From IMG/VR virus record IMGVR_UViG_3300023174_000039, positions 62,001-126,000 of that record: a stretch of DNA of 64,000 bases; one strand, given 5' to 3'. This document shows, one piece after another, positions 1 to 9,745 of this stretch. Below the pieces are notes generated by a model. That model worked only from the letters and a program-made list of their open reading frames with translations. It had not been told where the DNA came from and ran no database searches. Positions within the stretch are counted from its first letter, which is position 1, and every line of letters starts with the position of its first letter. The position numbers and the translations under genes are program-made.

Positions 1-7
1 TCCTGCC

Positions 8-268
8 TTGGCACAGCACTGGCAACATCACGGTTATAGACCCTACAGACCTTATGGACCTCCTGTATACAGTGGCGGTGGTTGGGTGGCACCACTCATA
101 ATTGGTGGTGTAGTGGGTGCGGCAATTGCCAATCGTCCTGTGCCGGCAGAAACTGTGATTGTGCAGAGACAACCCGTAATTGTGCAACAGCAAGAATCAT
201 GCACAGCTTGGAAAGAAATACAAACATCGGATGGTAACACCTACCGAGAAAGAACCTGTACACAATAA
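8..268 (+). CDS. hypothetical Pro/Tyr-rich membrane or secreted protein (probably 5'-truncated)
   Basis: Hydrophobic segment GWVAPLIIGGVVGAAIA and C-terminal Cys pair; ORF runs from the window edge. Confidence 0.6.
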   Translation: MAQHWQHHGYRPYRPYGPPVYSGGGWVAPLIIGGVVGAAIANRPVPAETVIVQRQPVIVQQQESCTAWKEIQTSDGNTYRERTCTQ

Positions 269-269
269 T

Positions 270-662
270 ATGGCATACTCACAAAAAGTTGTAGACCACT
301 ACGAAAACCCACGCAACGTGGGTTCCTTCTCCAAGGACGACACTGACATTGGCACAGGCATGGTAGGTGCTCCTGCCTGCGGTGATGTAATGAAATTGCA
401 GATCAAAGTTGTAGATGGAATAATTACAGATGCACGATTTAAAACATATGGCTGCGGGTCAGCCATTGCATCAAGTTCATTGATCACTGAAATGGTCAAA
501 GGCATGACACTAGATAATGCTTCACAAATTAAAAACTCAGAAATTGCTGAAGAACTAGCACTACCTCCTGTAAAAATACACTGTAGTATTCTTGCAGAAG
601 ATGCTATCAAAGCCGCAGTTGAAGACTACAGAAAGAAACATGACACAACGCATCTTAATTGA
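270..662 (+). CDS. iscU: Fe-S cluster scaffold protein IscU
   Basis: MAYSQKVVDHYENPRNVG, GAPACGDVM, TYGCGSAIAS, LPPVKIHC; true ATG at 270. Confidence 0.97.
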   Translation: MAYSQKVVDHYENPRNVGSFSKDDTDIGTGMVGAPACGDVMKLQIKVVDGIITDARFKTYGCGSAIASSSLITEMVKGMTLDNASQIKNSEIAEELALPPVKIHCSILAEDAIKAAVEDYRKKHDTTHLN

Positions 663-1539
663 CAAACTGGAATTTTATGTTACAAACGTTTGTAACTTGA
701 CCTGCAACGGGTGTAACCGCTACAATAATTATAAATTTGCCGGATGGCAAAGTTGGGACGAATATGGCCCCATACTAGAACGCTGGGCAGAAAAAATTGA
801 TATCCGCCATCCTGTTATTCTTGGCGGCGAGCCATTGCTCAATCCAGAAATCAACAAGTGGGTGGAAGGACTAAAACGCTTGTGGCCCGACCATTCCGGC
901 GTACAAATTCAGAGCAACGGCACACGAATTGACAAGGTCAAGGGTTTGTATGAAGCTCTGGGCAACGGGCAAGGACACTGGATTGGTATCAGCATACACA
1001 ATCCCGACGACAAAGAAGAAATCTTTTCACGCATTAGAAACTTCTTGACAGCACCCATTACAGAAACCAGTGATCCCAATCATCCCATTGGTTCAGACTT
1101 TCAGTTTACTGACGTAAACAAAAACTATGTGCATGCCTGGATGAGCAACAAGTTTGTACAAAGTAATATTTTAGAATTGCCCAATGGAAGATTTGGACTG
1201 TACAACAGCGATCCTGTCAAGGCACATGACAATTGTGCCTTTGCTAGATTTAAAAACTATCACATGATCCGTGGCAAGATCTACAAGTGCGGCCCTGCTG
1301 CCTTGATGCCAGAATTTGATGAGCAGTATCAATTTGATATCTCGGACGAAGATCGATTGTTGATGAAAGGTTACAAGCCCTTGGCCATTGACGAGTTTGA
1401 CACACGTGGTGCTGAGTTCTTGGGCAATATTGACAATGTGATTGATCAATGCAAATTTTGCCCAGAATCATATGACTACAAACCTATTACTTTCACCAAC
1501 TTGAAAAAGAACTGGAAGAAAGATGATGTTGTAGCATGA
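640..1539 (+). CDS. radical SAM protein
   Basis: CNLTCNGC (CX3CX2C), LGGEPLL, SNG; C-terminal YKC...CKFC. Confidence 0.9.
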   Translation: MTQRILIDKLEFYVTNVCNLTCNGCNRYNNYKFAGWQSWDEYGPILERWAEKIDIRHPVILGGEPLLNPEINKWVEGLKRLWPDHSGVQIQSNGTRIDKVKGLYEALGNGQGHWIGISIHNPDDKEEIFSRIRNFLTAPITETSDPNHPIGSDFQFTDVNKNYVHAWMSNKFVQSNILELPNGRFGLYNSDPVKAHDNCAFARFKNYHMIRGKIYKCGPAALMPEFDEQYQFDISDEDRLLMKGYKPLAIDEFDTRGAEFLGNIDNVIDQCKFCPESYDYKPITFTNLKKNWKKDDVVA

Positions 1540-1859
1540 TCTCTGTAACAGATATTGCAGCCAATAAAATCTTAAAGAGCATTGCCAAACGCGGCCGAGG
1601 GCAAGGCATTCAAGTAGGTGTTAGAACTACAGGTTGCTCAGGCCTGGCCTACGTGCTAGAATATGTAGACAACCCCAACTTACATTGTGTTAGACACTAC
1701 GATAGCAATGGGGTTAGGATATTTGTAGATCCCAAGAACATACCTTATCTTGACGGCATGATTATCGATTTCAAAAGAAATGGCCTCAATGAAGGCTTTG
1801 AATTTATCAACAAAAATGAACGTGACCGCTGTGGTTGCGGAGAATCTTTTCGAGTGTAA
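1536..1859 (+). CDS. iscA: Fe-S assembly protein IscA (HesB family)
   Basis: TTGCSGLAY and C-terminal CGCGESF. Confidence 0.95.
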   Translation: MISVTDIAANKILKSIAKRGRGQGIQVGVRTTGCSGLAYVLEYVDNPNLHCVRHYDSNGVRIFVDPKNIPYLDGMIIDFKRNGLNEGFEFINKNERDRCGCGESFRV

Positions 1860-1861
1860 CT

Positions 1862-2578
1862 TTGTACAATCCAAAATTTGACTATAAGCCTATCCCACGA
1901 GTTGTGTTAGAAGGCAAACGTTTCTATGCCACCCCAGATGGACGAAACCTTCCTAGTGTAACTACTATACTTGACAAAACCAAAAGTCCAGACAAAATTG
2001 AAGCTCTTAATCGTTGGCGTCGAAGTGTAGGTGTAGAAAAAGCACAGCAGATTACCACTGAAGCGGCCAATCGTGGCACACGTATGCACACCTATCTTGA
2101 ACAGTATGTGCGTGACGGTGCTATCAAAGAACCAGGATCGAACCCTTATTCATGGCCCAGCCATGCCATGGCTCAGGTTGTTGTGGACAAAGGCCTAAAG
2201 AATGTCAGTGAGTTCTGGGGCATTGAAGTGCCCTTGTACTTTCCCGGCATCTATGCAGGCACAACAGATGGTGCAGGGATACACCTAGATGAACAAGCCA
2301 TTCTGGACTACAAGCAAACCAACAAGCCCAAAAAACGTGAATGGATCGAAGACTACTTTGTGCAGTTGTGTGCCTACGCAGAAGCACATAATGAATTGCA
2401 CGGCACAAACATACGCAAGGGCGTTATTCTCATGTGTGTAAAACCTGATCTTGACGAACAATTCAATATCATTAAACCCCCAGAATATCAGGAGTTTGTG
2501 CTAGAGGGTGCAGAGTTTGACCGATACAGAGATTTATGGTGGCGCAAGGTTGAACAGTATTATCTGCTAAATACGTGA
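1862..2578 (+). CDS. PD-(D/E)XK exonuclease (T4-like phage, Cas4-like)
   Basis: LPSVTTIL, RGTRMH, AGTTD...ILDYKQ, QLCAYAEAH; start uncertain (TTG 1862, ORF from 1835). Confidence 0.85.
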   Translation: MYNPKFDYKPIPRVVLEGKRFYATPDGRNLPSVTTILDKTKSPDKIEALNRWRRSVGVEKAQQITTEAANRGTRMHTYLEQYVRDGAIKEPGSNPYSWPSHAMAQVVVDKGLKNVSEFWGIEVPLYFPGIYAGTTDGAGIHLDEQAILDYKQTNKPKKREWIEDYFVQLCAYAEAHNELHGTNIRKGVILMCVKPDLDEQFNIIKPPEYQEFVLEGAEFDRYRDLWWRKVEQYYLLNT

Positions 2579-2595
2579 TCAATTGAGGAATCATC

Positions 2596-4398
2596 GTGGC
2601 CATTTTACAAATATCTAGAATTACACAACGAAAAGGTCTTAAAACAGACTTACCTGAGCCATTGGCCTCAGCAGAACTAGGTTGGGCAGTTGATACCAGA
2701 CAACTTTACATCGGCAATGGAGAACTGGCCGAAGGTGCTCCTGCTGTGGGAAACACTGAGGTTTTAACAGAATTTTCTGATTTATTAAGCTACGTTACAG
2801 CCTATACCTATCAAGGCAATGCAGGTGGGTATACTGTGCAAACAGGTGCCACATCAGGTAGTCCGGTAACACAAAGTATTCAAAGTAGACTGGACAGTTA
2901 TGCTATTGTCACAGACTTTGGGGCCACCGGTGACGGTGTTACTGATGACACAGCGGCCATCAATCGAGCACTTTATCAATTGTACTGCCGACAGTCAAAT
3001 CCACAAGTACGCAGAAGTTTGTTTTTTCCTGCAGGAACTTATTTGGTAACCGACACAATATTGGTGCCGCCTTATGCAAAACTATATGGCGAAGGCGCTG
3101 ATTCCAGTATCATATACTTTGAAGTAAATGACTGGGTACCACTCACTGCGTATGCACAAGGAGTATTGGTTCGTTATAATGTGACCGGTAGTTATTATCG
3201 AGCATTGTCTAATGTGCCAGCAGAAGATCCGGCCAGTGCAGGAAGTTCTATTGCGCCAACCAACACTACATATTGGCAACTGAATCAGAGTTCAGTTATA
3301 CCGGGCAATTTGCCTGAGTATGTGGTTAGAACCGCAGATAGTCTACAACAAACAGGGGTAGACATTGGTACAAATGGTGCCACACCCCCGCAGAACGTTG
3401 AAATATCCAGCATGGGATTTGCCACAGCTAATTCTGCCAACGATAGCAGTAGCAGTCACAATATCTGTCTGATTGAAGATATTGATACCATGGCCATAAC
3501 TGATGTTAACTTTACTGGGCCTTTTACACTGGCAAACTCAAGCACTGCCAGTGATAACTTGTCTTGTGTGACATTTGCCAGTACAGGAAGTTTACCATGT
3601 ACACAAATCAACATGGATAGATGTAAATTTAACGGCGCAACATACGGTATACTTGCTGAGCAGGTCATCAATGGTTGCACAGTTAGTAATGGGTATTTTA
3701 ATGTATTGTATCAGGGAGTGGTACTAGATACCAACCCCACTGGTGTGAGAATTGTTGAAAATATTTTTGATAATATCTATCATGAAGGCATAGTGATCTC
3801 AGGTGCCACATTGAATGCATCTGCTTATAATATTTTCTATGATGTTGGCAACATATTCTTGGGTGTGGTTACTACACCAGTGATTGACATTGACACTGAC
3901 AACAATATCAGTATTGGTGACTTGTTTGAACGTAATACTGTTGAATCAACCAGTCATCCCCGAGTGGCGCTGAACAACACAGGATCTATTGTGTTGGGTA
4001 TGAACATTCGTGGAGTGAGTTATCAGACCAATGGTGTTGCTAATACCACTATTGCCAATCAAATGCAATTGGGTGAGTATACTCGCACCACAGGTGTAGC
4101 AGACGTACTGGCAGACAACTCATCTAAAAATTTGTTTGTGGTCAATACTGGATTGAGTGATCCTATTACTGCATTTAAAGTTGACTATACTATCACAAGG
4201 AATTCCGCATTTAGAAGTGGCACCATGAATATTGTGTCTGGCACTGCGTTTACCTATTCAGATGACTATGCAGAAAATTCATCAACCGGAATCACCATGA
4301 TAGCATCGCAGGCAGGTGGCAACGTGACAGTGTCTTACACTTCGACCAGCACTGGTACCGCCGGCGCAATTAAATATTCAATCACTCACTTATCTTGA
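2596..4398 (+). CDS. virion structural / tail fibre protein with beta-helix (pectate lyase 3-like) domain
   Basis: N-terminal QRKG..DLP.L..AELGWAVD..LYIGNG; DFGATGDGVTDDTAAINRA..FFPAGTY; preceded by TAAATA at 2568. Confidence 0.8.
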   Translation: MAILQISRITQRKGLKTDLPEPLASAELGWAVDTRQLYIGNGELAEGAPAVGNTEVLTEFSDLLSYVTAYTYQGNAGGYTVQTGATSGSPVTQSIQSRLDSYAIVTDFGATGDGVTDDTAAINRALYQLYCRQSNPQVRRSLFFPAGTYLVTDTILVPPYAKLYGEGADSSIIYFEVNDWVPLTAYAQGVLVRYNVTGSYYRALSNVPAEDPASAGSSIAPTNTTYWQLNQSSVIPGNLPEYVVRTADSLQQTGVDIGTNGATPPQNVEISSMGFATANSANDSSSSHNICLIEDIDTMAITDVNFTGPFTLANSSTASDNLSCVTFASTGSLPCTQINMDRCKFNGATYGILAEQVINGCTVSNGYFNVLYQGVVLDTNPTGVRIVENIFDNIYHEGIVISGATLNASAYNIFYDVGNIFLGVVTTPVIDIDTDNNISIGDLFERNTVESTSHPRVALNNTGSIVLGMNIRGVSYQTNGVANTTIANQMQLGEYTRTTGVADVLADNSSKNLFVVNTGLSDPITAFKVDYTITRNSAFRSGTMNIVSGTAFTYSDDYAENSSTGITMIASQAGGNVTVSYTSTSTGTAGAIKYSITHLS

Positions 4399-4823
4399 TG
4401 TGGCCCAAGACTTTTGGCGAGAGACTCGCTGCCTGGACTGAACTTCGTCGCCGCTGTGAAACCGGAGATGTTGAGTCTGTGGTAAAAAACATCAACTTCT
4501 GGTGGTTTAGCACTCCATGGCAACCATATCATTTACATTGGGATGATCGAACAAATTGGCCCGATCCCTGGCAACTACTTGAAGATAACTTGTACTGCGG
4601 CCTTGCTCGCGGACTAGGAATCATGTATACTATAGCTATAGTTGACAGACCAGACCTGCAAGACGCAGTGCTTGTAGAGGTGGATAGCGACAATTTAGTC
4701 CTCGTGAGCCAAGGAAAATATATATTGAATTGGGACCGAGACACTGTCGTAAATATCAACCAGAGTCCCAAAAAGACTAGACATCAGATAACACAAAACC
4801 AAATAAAACTACAGATAAAGTAG
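4395..4823 (+). CDS. conserved phage hypothetical protein (transglutaminase-like Cys protease fold possible)
   Basis: W.PDPWQLL...YC motif; overlaps the upstream stop codon. Confidence 0.6.
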   Translation: MMWPKTFGERLAAWTELRRRCETGDVESVVKNINFWWFSTPWQPYHLHWDDRTNWPDPWQLLEDNLYCGLARGLGIMYTIAIVDRPDLQDAVLVEVDSDNLVLVSQGKYILNWDRDTVVNINQSPKKTRHQITQNQIKLQIK

Positions 4824-4830
4824 GAGTAGA

Positions 4831-7149
4831 ATGAAAATAATAACAGTTGTAAAACGCTCAGGGCGTAGAGAGCCATTGGCATTGGAAAAATGGCAGACAC
4901 AGATTGCTAAAATTTGTGCAGGCACAGCAGACGTAAGTCAAAGCATGGTAGAGATCAAAGCACAATTGCATTTTTATGATGGAATTACCACCAAAGAGAT
5001 TGATGAAATCACGTTGCGGGCCATAGTTGACCTAATTGACGTGGAGTCAAATCCTGATGTGGGGCATACCAATTATCAGTTTGTTGCGGGCAAGCAACGG
5101 CTCAGCATGTTGCGTAAAGATGTGTACGGAAGCTACACACCACCACACTTGTATGAAATAGTAAAAACCAATGTGGCCACTGGACTATACACTCCTGAGT
5201 TGTTGGAGTGGTATTCAGAGGATGATTGGAACCGCATGAACGATATGCTGGATCACTCCAAGGACGAAACATATTCATATGCGGCAATTGAACAACTAAT
5301 AGAAAAGTACTTGGTTAAGAACCGTAGTACCAAACAAATATATGAAACTCCACAAATTAGATACATGGTCGCGGCCGCCACTGTATTTCACTCAGAAGAA
5401 CCGAATTCAGCGAGAATGCGATACATCAAAGAGTACTACACAGCCGCAAGTGACGGGCTATTTACATTGGCCACACCGGTGTTGGCAGGGCTTGGTACAC
5501 CTACTAAACAGTTTAGTAGTTGCGTTCTTATTCGCTCGGATGATGATTTGGACAGTATTTTCGCGTCCGGGGAAATGATGGCCAAGTATGCCAGCAAACG
5601 TGCTGGCATTGGCTTGGAGATTGGACGACTACGTCCATTAGGCTCGCCCATTCGTGGTGGCGAGATCATGCACACAGGCATGATACCCTTCTTGAAGAAG
5701 TGGTTTGGCGACTTAAGAAGTTGCTCACAAGGAGGCATTCGTAATGCAAGTGCTACTGTATTTTATCCCATTTGGCATCATCAGTTTGATGATCTTATCG
5801 TACTTAAAAACAATCAAGGAACAGACGAAACCCGTGTCAGGTTCATGGACTATGGGGTTGTTCTTAGTGCATTCTTCTGGAGAAGATTCAAAAACAAAGA
5901 AAACATAACATTCTTTGATCCCAACCAAGTACCAGACTTGTATGAAGCATTCTATCAAAATACAGAACTCTTTGAAAAACTCTATTGTGAATACGAAAAG
6001 CGCAAAGACTTGCGCACAAAAACAATGAGCGCCGAAGAAGTATTCAAAGGAGGCATCTTGAAAGAACGCACAGACACAGGCCGTATCTATCTTGTGTTTG
6101 TTGACAACGTGATGAAACAAGGACCATTTGATCCTGAGTATCACCCCATTTACCAGAGTAACCTTTGCTGTGAAATTCTTTTACCTACTAAATCCTTTAA
6201 ACGTTTGGATGACAGCGATGGTCGTATCGCTTTGTGTACCTTGGGCTCAATCAATTGGGGTGCGTTCCGCAATCCAGAAGACATGCGCCGTGCTTGCCGC
6301 ATACTGCATCGTAGCCTCAATAACATTCTTGACTATCAAGACTTCTTGTCAATTCAGTCTAAGTTGTCAAACGACGAAATTCGACCTCTCGGAATCGGAG
6401 TCACCAATCTTGCCTACTGGCACGCCAAGCGAAGCTTCCGCTACGGAGAACGAGATTCCTTGGCTGAAGTCAAGACGTGGATGGAACATCAAGCCTACTA
6501 CCTAACTGAAGCATCAGTTGAACTGGCCAAGGAACGTGGTCGTTGCAAAGACTCGGATAAAACACGCTACGGCAAAGGCATCTTCCCTTGGGAATTGCGA
6601 GCCAAGGGTGTCAACGACTTGACAGACTTCACACCTGAACTGAACTGGGAAGGCCTACGTGCAGAAATGCGCAGTTACGGTGTTCGCAATGCCACACAAA
6701 TGGCCATCGCTCCTGTAGAGTCCAGCTCGGTAGTGATCAACTCAACCAATGGTATTGAAATGCCCATGAGCTTGATCTCTGTAAAAGAATCCAAAGCAGG
6801 AAGCCTAACACAAGTGGTGCCCGAATATCACAAGTTGAAAAACAAATATCAACAGATGTGGGCACAGAAAGACTGTGACGGTTACTTGAAGACCGCGGCT
6901 GTGTTAGCGGCCTATATTGATCAAAGCATTAGTACCAACACATTCTACAATCCCGCACACTTTGCTGACCGTAAGGTGCCCACAACCTTGATTGCCAAGA
7001 ACTTGATGCAGGCACATTACTGGGGATTGAAAACATTCTACTACAGCTTGATCAACAAAGCAGGATCAAAACAAAAGGCCGACGAGGCAGCTCCTTTGGA
7101 GGAAATTGATTTTGATCTTGAAGAAGACTGCGAAGCATGTAAGCTATGA
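4831..7149 (+). CDS. nrdA: ribonucleotide reductase class Ia alpha subunit
   Basis: ATP cone (VVKRSG), QFSSC, SNLCCEI, APVESSS, C-terminal CEAC. Confidence 0.98.
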   Translation: MKIITVVKRSGRREPLALEKWQTQIAKICAGTADVSQSMVEIKAQLHFYDGITTKEIDEITLRAIVDLIDVESNPDVGHTNYQFVAGKQRLSMLRKDVYGSYTPPHLYEIVKTNVATGLYTPELLEWYSEDDWNRMNDMLDHSKDETYSYAAIEQLIEKYLVKNRSTKQIYETPQIRYMVAAATVFHSEEPNSARMRYIKEYYTAASDGLFTLATPVLAGLGTPTKQFSSCVLIRSDDDLDSIFASGEMMAKYASKRAGIGLEIGRLRPLGSPIRGGEIMHTGMIPFLKKWFGDLRSCSQGGIRNASATVFYPIWHHQFDDLIVLKNNQGTDETRVRFMDYGVVLSAFFWRRFKNKENITFFDPNQVPDLYEAFYQNTELFEKLYCEYEKRKDLRTKTMSAEEVFKGGILKERTDTGRIYLVFVDNVMKQGPFDPEYHPIYQSNLCCEILLPTKSFKRLDDSDGRIALCTLGSINWGAFRNPEDMRRACRILHRSLNNILDYQDFLSIQSKLSNDEIRPLGIGVTNLAYWHAKRSFRYGERDSLAEVKTWMEHQAYYLTEASVELAKERGRCKDSDKTRYGKGIFPWELRAKGVNDLTDFTPELNWEGLRAEMRSYGVRNATQMAIAPVESSSVVINSTNGIEMPMSLISVKESKAGSLTQVVPEYHKLKNKYQQMWAQKDCDGYLKTAAVLAAYIDQSISTNTFYNPAHFADRKVPTTLIAKNLMQAHYWGLKTFYYSLINKAGSKQKADEAAPLEEIDFDLEEDCEACKL

Positions 7150-7397
7150 AAATGTATTGGAGAGGAATTGTTACTGGCATATTAATATATTACATAGCTG
7201 GTATATTAATGTCATGTGTAACTGACCTTTACTATTACTATTTGCAGTGGGGTGCTAGTACTAAGGATTCAATTGAGGCCGGGCCTATTAAATTAACATT
7301 AAGTAATGCCACAGATTGGATCACAATATTTAAAATGATGTTCACATTGTTAGGAACATACGCAGGTATTAAAATAATTAACAAAGTAATAAAATGA
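7146..7397 (+). CDS. small AT-rich membrane protein between nrdA and nrdB
   Basis: Two hydrophobic segments; 4-nt overlap with nrdA (ATGA) and with nrdB. Confidence 0.6.
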   Translation: MKMYWRGIVTGILIYYIAGILMSCVTDLYYYYLQWGASTKDSIEAGPIKLTLSNATDWITIFKMMFTLLGTYAGIKIINKVIK

Positions 7398-8503
7398 GTA
7401 AAGCACAATACAATTTAAAAACAAAAACAGATTACTTGAACCGCAAGATGTTTCTGGACCCTGCAGGTCCTGTGACTATTCAACGCTTTGAAGAAGTCAA
7501 ATATCAGAAACTAGCCAAATATGAGCAAGAGGCACGTGGATTCTTTTGGGTACCAGAAGAAATCTCTCTAACCAAAGACTCGCAAGACTTTAAAGATGCA
7601 TCAGATACTGTCAAGCATATCTTTACATCAAATCTGCTTCGACAAACAGCTTTGGACAGTTTGCAAGGACGTGGACCCACCCAGGTGTTCACTCCTGTAT
7701 GCTCAATTCCTGAACTAGAAAGTTTGATGTACAACTGGGGATTCTTTGAAACTAACATTCACAGCCGCAGTTATAGTCACATCATTCGCAATATCTACAA
7801 TGTGCCCAAGGATGTGTTTAACACTATCCATGACACACAAGAAATTGTTAGCATGGCGTCAAGCGTGGGCAAGTACTACGACGACCTACATCAATTTAAT
7901 TGTATCAAAGAAGTCGACAGCGATCCAAATAACAGCCCGGAAGAAGGCCACATCAAAGCAATTTATATGGCACTACATGCCTCCTACGCACTGGAAGCAT
8001 TCCGCTTTATGGTTAGTTTTGCCACTTCATTGGCCATGGTAGAAAACAAGATCTTCATTGGCAACGGCAATATCATTCAACTAATCTTGCAAGACGAACT
8101 GCTACACAAAGAGTGGACTGCATTTTTGATCAATCAAGTTGTGAAAGAAGATCCACGCTTTGCTGCCGCCAAAGCAGAATGCGAAGCAGAAGTATATCAA
8201 CTGTACTTGGATGTGATCCGTGAAGAAAAAGAGTGGGCCGACTACTTGTTTAAACATGGCCCTGTGATTGGACTCAACGCCAACATCTTGAGAGACTTTG
8301 TGGACTACACTGCCAAGAACGCACTCAACGAAATTGGTATCAAGTACCAGGAACCTGCACCCAAGAGCACGCCTATCCCTTGGTTTAACAAACACGTTGA
8401 CACCAGCAAGAAACAAACTGCACTGCAGGAGAACGAATCGACTAATTATGTTATCGGCATAATGAGCGACAGCATTGACTATGAGGAGTTACCAGACCTA
8501 TGA
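7394..8503 (+). CDS. nrdB: ribonucleotide reductase class Ia beta subunit
   Basis: FFWVPEEI, ETNIHSRSY, LEAFRF, DELLH, QENESTNY. Confidence 0.98.
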   Translation: MSKAQYNLKTKTDYLNRKMFLDPAGPVTIQRFEEVKYQKLAKYEQEARGFFWVPEEISLTKDSQDFKDASDTVKHIFTSNLLRQTALDSLQGRGPTQVFTPVCSIPELESLMYNWGFFETNIHSRSYSHIIRNIYNVPKDVFNTIHDTQEIVSMASSVGKYYDDLHQFNCIKEVDSDPNNSPEEGHIKAIYMALHASYALEAFRFMVSFATSLAMVENKIFIGNGNIIQLILQDELLHKEWTAFLINQVVKEDPRFAAAKAECEAEVYQLYLDVIREEKEWADYLFKHGPVIGLNANILRDFVDYTAKNALNEIGIKYQEPAPKSTPIPWFNKHVDTSKKQTALQENESTNYVIGIMSDSIDYEELPDL

Positions 8504-8934
8504 TGCAACAAGATATTAGAAAACATTTAGACAAAATTAACGAGATGATGCAAATCAACGAAGATCCTATCACACAATTTGCCAGTTCAGCACACGAAGA
8601 ATGGCGTCGTAACTTTGATCCTACAGGAACAAAGCCCAGAATCAAAAAGAACAGCGACGGATCTGAAGGCGATATCAATCAGCCATTTGATAAGATTCAC
8701 CCAGACTGGCAAAGAGAAAATCTGGCTGCAGGTAAAGCTGCCGCCGACGCTGTGGCCAAATTCCCTACTGACATGGAAAAAGCCGCAGAGTACATTCACA
8801 TTGAATGGATGAAACGCAATCCCAAGGCTGACTATAATGCGGCACAACATGTGCCATACGATCAACTGCCAGAAGATGAAAAAGAAAAAGATCGTGTGCA
8901 TGTACGCACCATGATGAAACTATTAGGAAAATAA
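8500..8934 (+). CDS. RyR-repeat-like domain protein
   Basis: AHEEWRR...PFDKI and IHIEWMKRN...HVPYDQLPEDEKEKDR resemble RyR repeats. Confidence 0.6.
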   Translation: MMQQDIRKHLDKINEMMQINEDPITQFASSAHEEWRRNFDPTGTKPRIKKNSDGSEGDINQPFDKIHPDWQRENLAAGKAAADAVAKFPTDMEKAAEYIHIEWMKRNPKADYNAAQHVPYDQLPEDEKEKDRVHVRTMMKLLGK

Positions 8935-8935
8935 A

Positions 8936-9166
8936 ATGCAAGCTATTATATGGAGCAAATATCACTGTCCCTATTGCGATCAAGCAAAGGCACTGTTAAA
9001 ACAAAAGGGTATCCCATTTGAAGAGAAGAAAATTGGAGATGGATATACCCGAGAAGAATTGCTAGAAGCAATCCCTTCAGCACGAACGGTACCACAAATT
9101 ATCCTAGACGGAGAATTGATTGGTGGGTTTACAGAACTCAAAGAAAAATTAACAGAAAGCACATGA
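8936..9166 (+). CDS. grx: glutaredoxin
   Basis: CPYC, TVPQI, IGGF. Confidence 0.95.
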   Translation: MQAIIWSKYHCPYCDQAKALLKQKGIPFEEKKIGDGYTREELLEAIPSARTVPQIILDGELIGGFTELKEKLTEST

Positions 9167-9477
9167 TGTCATCACAACTAGCACTAGAACCCAACCAGGT
9201 ATACACGTTCAAAATGAACTCGGGCGAAGAAATGGTTGCCAAAGTCAAGCAATCTGGCGGGGACTGGATTGTTTTAGAAGAACCAGTAAGCATTGCCCCT
9301 GGCCCGCAAGGTATGGGTCTAGTGCCTAGCTTGTTTACCGCAGATCCCAAGGAAGAAATTAAGTTAAATAGTAATAGTATTTCATTGGTATCAAAGACTG
9401 ATGATTCGGTTAGAATGAAATATCTAGAAGCAACAACTGGTATTAAGGTACCAGAGAAGAAACTTATACTAGGATAA
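9163..9477 (+). CDS. Sm-like fold phage protein
   Basis: FKMNSGEEMVAKV...Y...TTGI pattern typical of T4-like phage Sm-like proteins. Confidence 0.6.
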   Translation: MMSSQLALEPNQVYTFKMNSGEEMVAKVKQSGGDWIVLEEPVSIAPGPQGMGLVPSLFTADPKEEIKLNSNSISLVSKTDDSVRMKYLEATTGIKVPEKKLILG

Positions 9478-9478
9478 T

Positions 9479-9745
9479 ATGCCAGCAGTACAGCGACAAG
9501 GTGATTCAGACACAGGCGGCGGGAAAATACTTTCAGGAGTAGGTTCAGTACGAACCAATGGAATCCCTACTGCCACAATCAACTTGGCTGTTAGTTGGCA
9601 TGGTAAACGAGCGCATTCAGCGGCAAAAACCACCACAGGTGTAAGCAGTGTACGAGTTGAAGGACAACCCATCAGTGTTGCCGGTAATCCCGACACCTGC
9701 GGACACTCTCGTACTGGTGGCAGTGGCGATGTGAGGGCAGGATAA
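9479..9745 (+). CDS. PAAR-repeat baseplate spike tip protein
   Basis: MPAVQRQGD, VRTNGIP, VRVEGQP, DTCGH. Confidence 0.9.
   Translation: MPAVQRQGDSDTGGGKILSGVGSVRTNGIPTATINLAVSWHGKRAHSAAKTTTGVSSVRVEGQPISVAGNPDTCGHSRTGGSGDVRAG

Noticed and set aside
1862-2578. Cas4 as evidence of CRISPR-Cas
   Set aside because: Stand-alone phage PD-(D/E)XK exonuclease without the Fe-S Cys set, array or other cas genes
4831-8503. Intein, intron or homing endonuclease in nrdA/nrdB
   Set aside because: Both proteins are normal length and continuous; the intervening ORF has no nuclease motif
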